64,000 bases of DNA from a virus (lineage: Duplodnaviria; Caudoviricetes), in the IMG/VR virus record IMGVR_UViG_3300048024_000800, positions 1 to 64,000 of that record; one strand, 5' to 3'. The notes under the pieces were generated by a model. It was not told the origin of the DNA. It searched no databases and worked only from the letters and a program-made list of their open reading frames with translations. Below are positions 59,278 to 64,000 of this stretch, piece after piece. The translations under genes and the position numbers were made by a program. Every line of letters starts with the position of its first letter. The stretch's first letter is position 1.

Positions 59278-59826
59278 ATGAAGCTTATAGGTATATGCGG
59301 TTTAGCTAGGTGCGGGAAGGACACTTTTTTTGAAATATCAAAAAGTATATTAAGAGAGAAAGGCTCAGAGGCTAAGAAGTTTGCTTTCGCTGATTCCCTA
59401 AAGTTGGAATGCGACGAGCTACTAGGGAAATATACTAATATATCATCCTTTACTGAGAAGGACGAGGAAAAGAAGATGATTAGACCGCTTCTTGTGGCTT
59501 ATGGCACAAACATAAGAAGAAAGCTTAACGAGAACTGCTGGATAGAAAAAATAGAAGAAGAGGTTCTTAAAAATTTGAACCTAGGCAAAGTCGTATTTAT
59601 TACGGATGTAAGGTTTGAAAATGAAATAGACTGGATACATAGAATGGGAGGAAAAACGGTACACATAACCAGAGAGGGTACCGCGCCCCCTAATTTAGAC
59701 GAAGAAATTAACAATCCCATACTCAAGCGTAAATCTAATATACGCATAACTTGCAATAATTTCCCTGACAAATATATAGATAAACTTAGAAATACAGTAG
59801 AGTTAGCTTTACAATCAATTTTATGA
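59278..59826 (+). CDS. Deoxynucleoside monophosphate kinase
   Basis: IGICG.ARCGKDT P-loop, FADSLK, R.LL..YG, W, ITDVRFENE. Confidence 0.88.
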   Translation: MKLIGICGLARCGKDTFFEISKSILREKGSEAKKFAFADSLKLECDELLGKYTNISSFTEKDEEKKMIRPLLVAYGTNIRRKLNENCWIEKIEEEVLKNLNLGKVVFITDVRFENEIDWIHRMGGKTVHITREGTAPPNLDEEINNPILKRKSNIRITCNNFPDKYIDKLRNTVELALQSIL

Positions 59827-60419
59827 ACGAAGAAACTACAGACTTAACTCTGATCGAGAACATACAGAATAATAAAAAACAAGAAGACAGCTTAAACGCC
59901 TTAGTGGAAAGGCATAGTGGAATTTACTTAGAAATGGTAAATTCTTATGCTAGTCCAAACAGCCCGTTTATTGATTACAATGATCTGGTTAACGATAAAG
60001 AATATAAAATTTACAGCGCCGCAATAAAATTTGACAAGACTAAAGGGGCAAAGTTTAGTACTTACCTAGGAAACGAAACAAAATGGATGTGCTTAAATAT
60101 ATACAATAAGAACAAAAGAAGACCAACATGGCACTCAGACTACTTAGAAAATATACCTGAATCTCCAGACTTCCAATGCGACCCAATGTCCGCGAACGTC
60201 AAAAAAGATTTATTAAATAAAGTATTAAATGTAATAGACGAACATCCTGACAAAAGAGTAAAAAGAATTTTCAATATGAGATATATAATAGGACACAAAA
60301 ATAAAGTGATGTCTTGGAAAAAAATAGGAACAGTAATGAAATTAAGTATACAAGGTTGCATAAACATACATAACTCTGCAATTAATAGCTTCAAGGAACA
60401 ACTAAAGGAGGAAGTATGA
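59823..60419 (+). CDS. Phage RNA polymerase sigma-70-family-like factor
   Basis: Region-2-like LVERH..I...MV..Y...DL......IY.AA.KFD..KG.KFSTY; C-terminal HTH (IF.MRY...MSWKKIG..MKLS). Confidence 0.78.
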   Translation: MNEETTDLTLIENIQNNKKQEDSLNALVERHSGIYLEMVNSYASPNSPFIDYNDLVNDKEYKIYSAAIKFDKTKGAKFSTYLGNETKWMCLNIYNKNKRRPTWHSDYLENIPESPDFQCDPMSANVKKDLLNKVLNVIDEHPDKRVKRIFNMRYIIGHKNKVMSWKKIGTVMKLSIQGCINIHNSAINSFKEQLKEEV

Positions 60420-60799
60420 ATAAATTCATAGGACTCGGCAACCTAACTAGGGAGCCTGAGATTAAAAAAACAAAAAATGGAAACACTGTTTGTGACTTTA
60501 GTGTCGCTATAAACAACAAGGCTAGCAACTCAGTATTCTACATTGACGTAGAAGCATGGGGAAATGTGGCTGAAAACTGCAACAGATTCCTATCGAAAGG
60601 CAGAAAAGTTTTACTCGAAGGGAAACTATTGTCAAGTAGCTGGGTTTCTAAATCTGGAGAAAACAGAAGTAAGACTTATTGTAGGGCTGATTTTGTAAAC
60701 TTTCTTGATAAGCCTTCAGAGGAGAACCAAAAAGAAAACGTTGATAGGAAAGCTGAGCGAATAATAGAAGAGGACGACTTCGCAGACATCCCGTTTTAA
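60416..60799 (+). CDS. ssb: Single-stranded DNA-binding protein
   Basis: MNK...GNLTREPE, AW...AE....L.KG.KV..EG.L...W, acidic tip DDFADIPF. Confidence 0.93.
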   Translation: MNKFIGLGNLTREPEIKKTKNGNTVCDFSVAINNKASNSVFYIDVEAWGNVAENCNRFLSKGRKVLLEGKLLSSSWVSKSGENRSKTYCRADFVNFLDKPSEENQKENVDRKAERIIEEDDFADIPF

Positions 60800-60800
60800 C

Positions 60801-61853
60801 ATGAATTCAATAATATATAAAGGCCCACTAAACTCCTTATCATTTGGGAACGTGTCCGTAAACCTACTAAAGGCAATGTTCGAAAAGGGAATGAACGTAG
60901 CTATATTCCCGAATGGCAATATAGATGTTAGCGCCTTCGAAATAGATCAAGATTTTAAAACATGGATAGAATCTGGGATTAATGATAGGTTTCAAATATT
61001 CAAGAAATCTGACACAACGTTGCAAATGTGGCACTTAAATGGTTCGGAAAACAGAATATCCCCCAAGCAGATACTGTATACTTTTTACGAGTTAGATAAG
61101 CCAACTAGCACGGAAATTTCCCTAGCAAACTTTCAAGATAAGACTGTATTTAGCTCATCTCAAGCTCAATCTCTCTTTCCAGATTCATCGTTTTCCCCTT
61201 TGGGGTTTGATAGCTTTTTTCATAAAACTGAAAAAAAATACCTTGAGGGAAAAACCCACTTTGGGTTAATGGGTAAATTTGAAAAAAGAAAGCATACCGA
61301 AAAAATAATAAAATGCTGGATCCGTAAGTACGGAGGTAACCACAACTACCAATTGACATGCTGCATAACAAACCCATTTCTAAAGAAAGAACAAATGGAG
61401 GCCGTAATATCACGAATTCTCGGAGGAGAAAGATGTGAGAACATTAATTTCTTACCCTTCCTTCCTAAAAATTCTCAAGTAAACGACTACTTAAACTCAA
61501 TAGATATTGACCTAGGAGGAATGAGTGGCGCAGAAGGTTGGAACCTCCCCTCTTTTAATGCAACCTGCCTAGGAAAATGGAGCATAGTACTAAATAGTAG
61601 CTCTCATAAAGATTGGGCTTCTAAAGATAACTGCGTACTAGTAAACCCAAGCGGCAAAGAGCCTGCTTATGATAATATGTTTTTTAAAGAAGGAGAAGAG
61701 TTTAATCAGGGCAACATATATACTTTTGATCAAGATGAATTCATCGATGCAATGGAAAAAGCTGAAGAAAGATGTACCATAACAAATACAGAAGGTGAAA
61801 AATTAAAGCATAAGTTCACCTATGAAAACACACTAAATAAGATTTTAGAATAA
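60801..61853 (+). CDS. GT4-like glycosyltransferase
   Basis: GKFEKRK, SGAEGWNLP.F.A..LGK. Confidence 0.78.
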   Translation: MNSIIYKGPLNSLSFGNVSVNLLKAMFEKGMNVAIFPNGNIDVSAFEIDQDFKTWIESGINDRFQIFKKSDTTLQMWHLNGSENRISPKQILYTFYELDKPTSTEISLANFQDKTVFSSSQAQSLFPDSSFSPLGFDSFFHKTEKKYLEGKTHFGLMGKFEKRKHTEKIIKCWIRKYGGNHNYQLTCCITNPFLKKEQMEAVISRILGGERCENINFLPFLPKNSQVNDYLNSIDIDLGGMSGAEGWNLPSFNATCLGKWSIVLNSSSHKDWASKDNCVLVNPSGKEPAYDNMFFKEGEEFNQGNIYTFDQDEFIDAMEKAEERCTITNTEGEKLKHKFTYENTLNKILE

Positions 61854-62197
61854 TGCCTCTATATACATATGAGCACCCCGAAACAGAAGAGTTGATTGAC
61901 ATAGTTCAATCAATGAAAGAGGATCATATATATATTGACAATGAAGGAGTAAAGTGGAATAGAGTATTTTACGCGCCTGAAGCTTCAACAGACTCAAGTA
62001 TTGACCCGTTCGACAAAGAAGCATTCAAGTCTAAAACCTTTAATAAAAAAGGTTCTTATAACGATGTGCTAGAAAAAAGTAAAGAGTTGGGGCAAATGAG
62101 AAAAGATAAACTAGGGTACGACCCTGTTCAAAAAAAATACTTCAAGGATTATAGTAGCAAGAGAAGGGGCATAAAGCACCCTCTTGACAACACCTAA
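61853..62197 (+). CDS. FmdB-like small protein (degenerate zinc ribbon)
   Basis: MPLYTY......E....QSM...H...W.RV N-terminus, lacking the cysteines. Confidence 0.55.
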   Translation: MPLYTYEHPETEELIDIVQSMKEDHIYIDNEGVKWNRVFYAPEASTDSSIDPFDKEAFKSKTFNKKGSYNDVLEKSKELGQMRKDKLGYDPVQKKYFKDYSSKRRGIKHPLDNT

Positions 62198-62209
62198 ATT
62201 TTAGGTGTA
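62190..62209 (+). promoter_or_regulatory. GTGTA late motif embedded in a 19-bp palindrome
   Basis: ACACCTAAA-T-TTTAGGTGT; GTGTA at 62205-62209, ATG at 62222. Confidence 0.55.
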
Positions 62210-62221
62210 ATATACTCCTGT

Positions 62222-63484
62222 ATGTCAGACCCAGGAGATTTTAAGAATAATCCGTTATATACGGATATAACAAAACTTGATGCGCTATCACCCTCGCCAT
62301 CTTTTTCTTATAACTGGAACAAAGCATCGGGAAGATGGGACCCTGCAGCGGAAGTAGATTTTATACTAGAAGGGTTATCTGGAGAGCTCGCAGAGTTAAA
62401 CAGACAAAGCTCTAGTAGTGTAAAATTATTGTCAGGTATCTCAGGAGAACTCTCAAATATTCATGTTGAGGTTGAGATCGACAGGGATATAGAATCCCAT
62501 AGGTTACTATCAGGCATTCATGGCGAATTGCTTAACCTAGGGGTAAACGACACGAGATCCCATGAGTTGCTATCAGGAGTAAAATCAGAATTATCAAACA
62601 TACACGTTGATGTAGAGATAGATAAAGATGTTGAATCTCATAGATTGCTATCTGGAGTCTTAGATTCGCTTACTAATCTTGATGTAAACGACACAAAAGC
62701 TCACGGTTTGCTATCAGGTTTATCTATAGGTTTATCAAATCTAGATGTAGATGACAATAAAACCCACGAACTACTTTCGGGAGTAATAGGAAAACTTGAC
62801 CAAATAGGAGGAACCCCATCCGATCCCATTAGCGGAAATCAATCAAGAAGCAAGTCTCAACAATGGAAACTTAGAACCAAGACGGTTTCGCAAAAAATAG
62901 AAGAAGACTTTATACTTATGGAAGACATTCCTGAAGAATTAAGGTTTGGCTCAAACTCTGGAGATTGCTTAGGTCAAGACAGAAACATAAAAGATGATTT
63001 ATTCGGAAACTACTTCAATAATGGAAGAAAAAATTCCAGTGAACCAGAAAAATCACATCCAGATTTTTTCTTGCACGCAGAATATACAAAACCTGATAGA
63101 TGCAGAGACTCTTTTTCTACCTTTGATAGCGATACTCAATACGGATTAAGACAAGAAAACTTTAAGGCTAGTTTAAAAAATTCTTACGAACTACAAGATT
63201 ATAATGAATTATATGAAAGAGGACTACTTGATCATATTGTAATATACAACCACTCTCCTTATCCCATACAGTTTCACACTAGCGATAGAAGGTTTTCAAT
63301 AACAGATTCAGTAAAAGAAGGAAAAGATAATTTAATATTCCTCGATCCAGATATGGCCGTTAAGATACACAATGACGAAGCAGGAAGAGTTTTTGTAAAA
63401 AGACCGCATACTATATCAGGATATTCAGTAGATTACGCAATTATATATAAAGTTCCAGCGGAGCAAGACAGGATCGACGGCTAA
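62222..63484 (+). CDS. Hypothetical (probably structural) protein with H-x-LLSG repeats
   Basis: HRLLSG, HELLSG and HGLLSG repeats; late motif upstream. Confidence 0.65.
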   Translation: MSDPGDFKNNPLYTDITKLDALSPSPSFSYNWNKASGRWDPAAEVDFILEGLSGELAELNRQSSSSVKLLSGISGELSNIHVEVEIDRDIESHRLLSGIHGELLNLGVNDTRSHELLSGVKSELSNIHVDVEIDKDVESHRLLSGVLDSLTNLDVNDTKAHGLLSGLSIGLSNLDVDDNKTHELLSGVIGKLDQIGGTPSDPISGNQSRSKSQQWKLRTKTVSQKIEEDFILMEDIPEELRFGSNSGDCLGQDRNIKDDLFGNYFNNGRKNSSEPEKSHPDFFLHAEYTKPDRCRDSFSTFDSDTQYGLRQENFKASLKNSYELQDYNELYERGLLDHIVIYNHSPYPIQFHTSDRRFSITDSVKEGKDNLIFLDPDMAVKIHNDEAGRVFVKRPHTISGYSVDYAIIYKVPAEQDRIDG

Positions 63485-63889
63485 ATGGACTATTTCAGAA
63501 TCAAAGACCCTCTAAAAAGGGTAGGTCCAGATAGTTATATAATCGGGAAAAGCTTAACTGAACCACAGTTAAGGTTAGATGGAAACAGGCTTGAGGTTGA
63601 TGAGATATATGCAACTTCCGCTTTATTTATAAACGGCCTAAATGTATCAGACTACATAACAGGAAGCTCACTGCAAGATCAAAATTTTAACTCTAACCTT
63701 CGAGACAGTAGGCTTGATATATCAGAAGCCTTTGAGAAAGATGAGTTGGGAGATATATCCCCTTCTAACGCCCCACTTATATCAGATTCAATGTGGATAT
63801 TAAGGGATGATAATAATCTAGAATTAAGAGCTAATATCTGGAGGTATGATACAGGCCCCGAAGCTTTTACAGATGATATATCTTTTTAA
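63485..63889 (+). CDS. Hypothetical protein
   Basis: 134-aa ORF abutting the previous stop codon. Confidence 0.65.
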   Translation: MDYFRIKDPLKRVGPDSYIIGKSLTEPQLRLDGNRLEVDEIYATSALFINGLNVSDYITGSSLQDQNFNSNLRDSRLDISEAFEKDELGDISPSNAPLISDSMWILRDDNNLELRANIWRYDTGPEAFTDDISF

Positions 63890-63897
63890 TAATATTT

Positions 63898-63902
63898 GTG
63901 TA
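63898..63902 (+). promoter_or_regulatory. Putative late promoter motif GTGTA
   Basis: GTGTAATATAAGTA-ATG (14 nt to ATG 63912). Confidence 0.65.
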
Positions 63903-63911
63903 ATATAAGTA

Positions 63912-64000
63912 ATGGCTACAAGAAATTTAGTTCCAAGGAATAGCGGAGAAGGTGGAGTCGGCAGGCTAGACAAAGCTTGGGCGACAGGAGTATTTGATAA
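63912..64000 (+). CDS. Partial ORF (MATRNLVPRNSGEGGVGRLDKAWATGVFD...), probable fibre/structural protein
   Basis: Open to the window end; late motif at 14 nt. Confidence 0.6.
   Translation, partial: MATRNLVPRNSGEGGVGRLDKAWATGVFD

Noticed and set aside
2945-61413. Numerous 60-190-aa ORFs antisense or out of frame within long genes
   Set aside because: Fully nested in well-supported genes with no recognisable motifs or expression signals.
62184-62216. Canonical sigma70 promoter at TTGACA 62184
   Set aside because: The best -10 candidates are at 18 nt (TAATAT) or 21 nt (TATACT) spacing; too weak to call separately from the GTGTA motif.
1-64000. Stop-codon reassignment, tRNA genes, introns/inteins, integrase or IS elements
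   Set aside because: Long ORFs tile the window in the standard code with TAA, TAG and TGA all used as stops; gaps are too short for RNA genes, and no such motifs were recognised.

Overview
This 64-kb AT-rich window reads as part of a large tailed dsDNA bacteriophage (siphovirus-like, standard genetic code). I see no rRNA, tRNA, integrase or CRISPR array. Positions 1-44.6 kb are a virion morphogenesis region: a cupredoxin/TSP3-repeat protein (truncated by the window edge), two paralogous fibre-like proteins, four tail-tube-like paralogs, neck/head-closure genes, two putative tail chaperones and a 2338-aa tape measure protein. A lambda-like tail tip follows: a double gpM-like protein with a leishmanolysin-like protease, gpL, JAB-only gpK, a gpI-gpJ fusion, a ~3860-aa mosaic fibre and an S74-chaperone fibre. 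Positions 44.6-58.8 kb (minus strand) hold a Rad52/Sak-like protein, an SSB-like protein and a ~13-kb glycan biosynthesis island. An AT-rich divergent sigma70-type promoter region at ~58.9 kb leads into dNMP kinase, a phage sigma-like factor, SSB, a glycosyltransferase and further late genes. Three observations stand out. (1) A GTGTA motif precedes late transcription units and sits exactly 14 nt before the ATG in four cases, suggesting a phage-sigma, leaderless late promoter. (2) In-frame domain cassettes are shared between distant virion genes, one at ~93% DNA identity. (3) The tape measure protein is punctuated by G(Y/H)(I/V)PN(F/Y) repeats flanking cargo-like domains. All family calls are from motif recognition by eye, not database searches.
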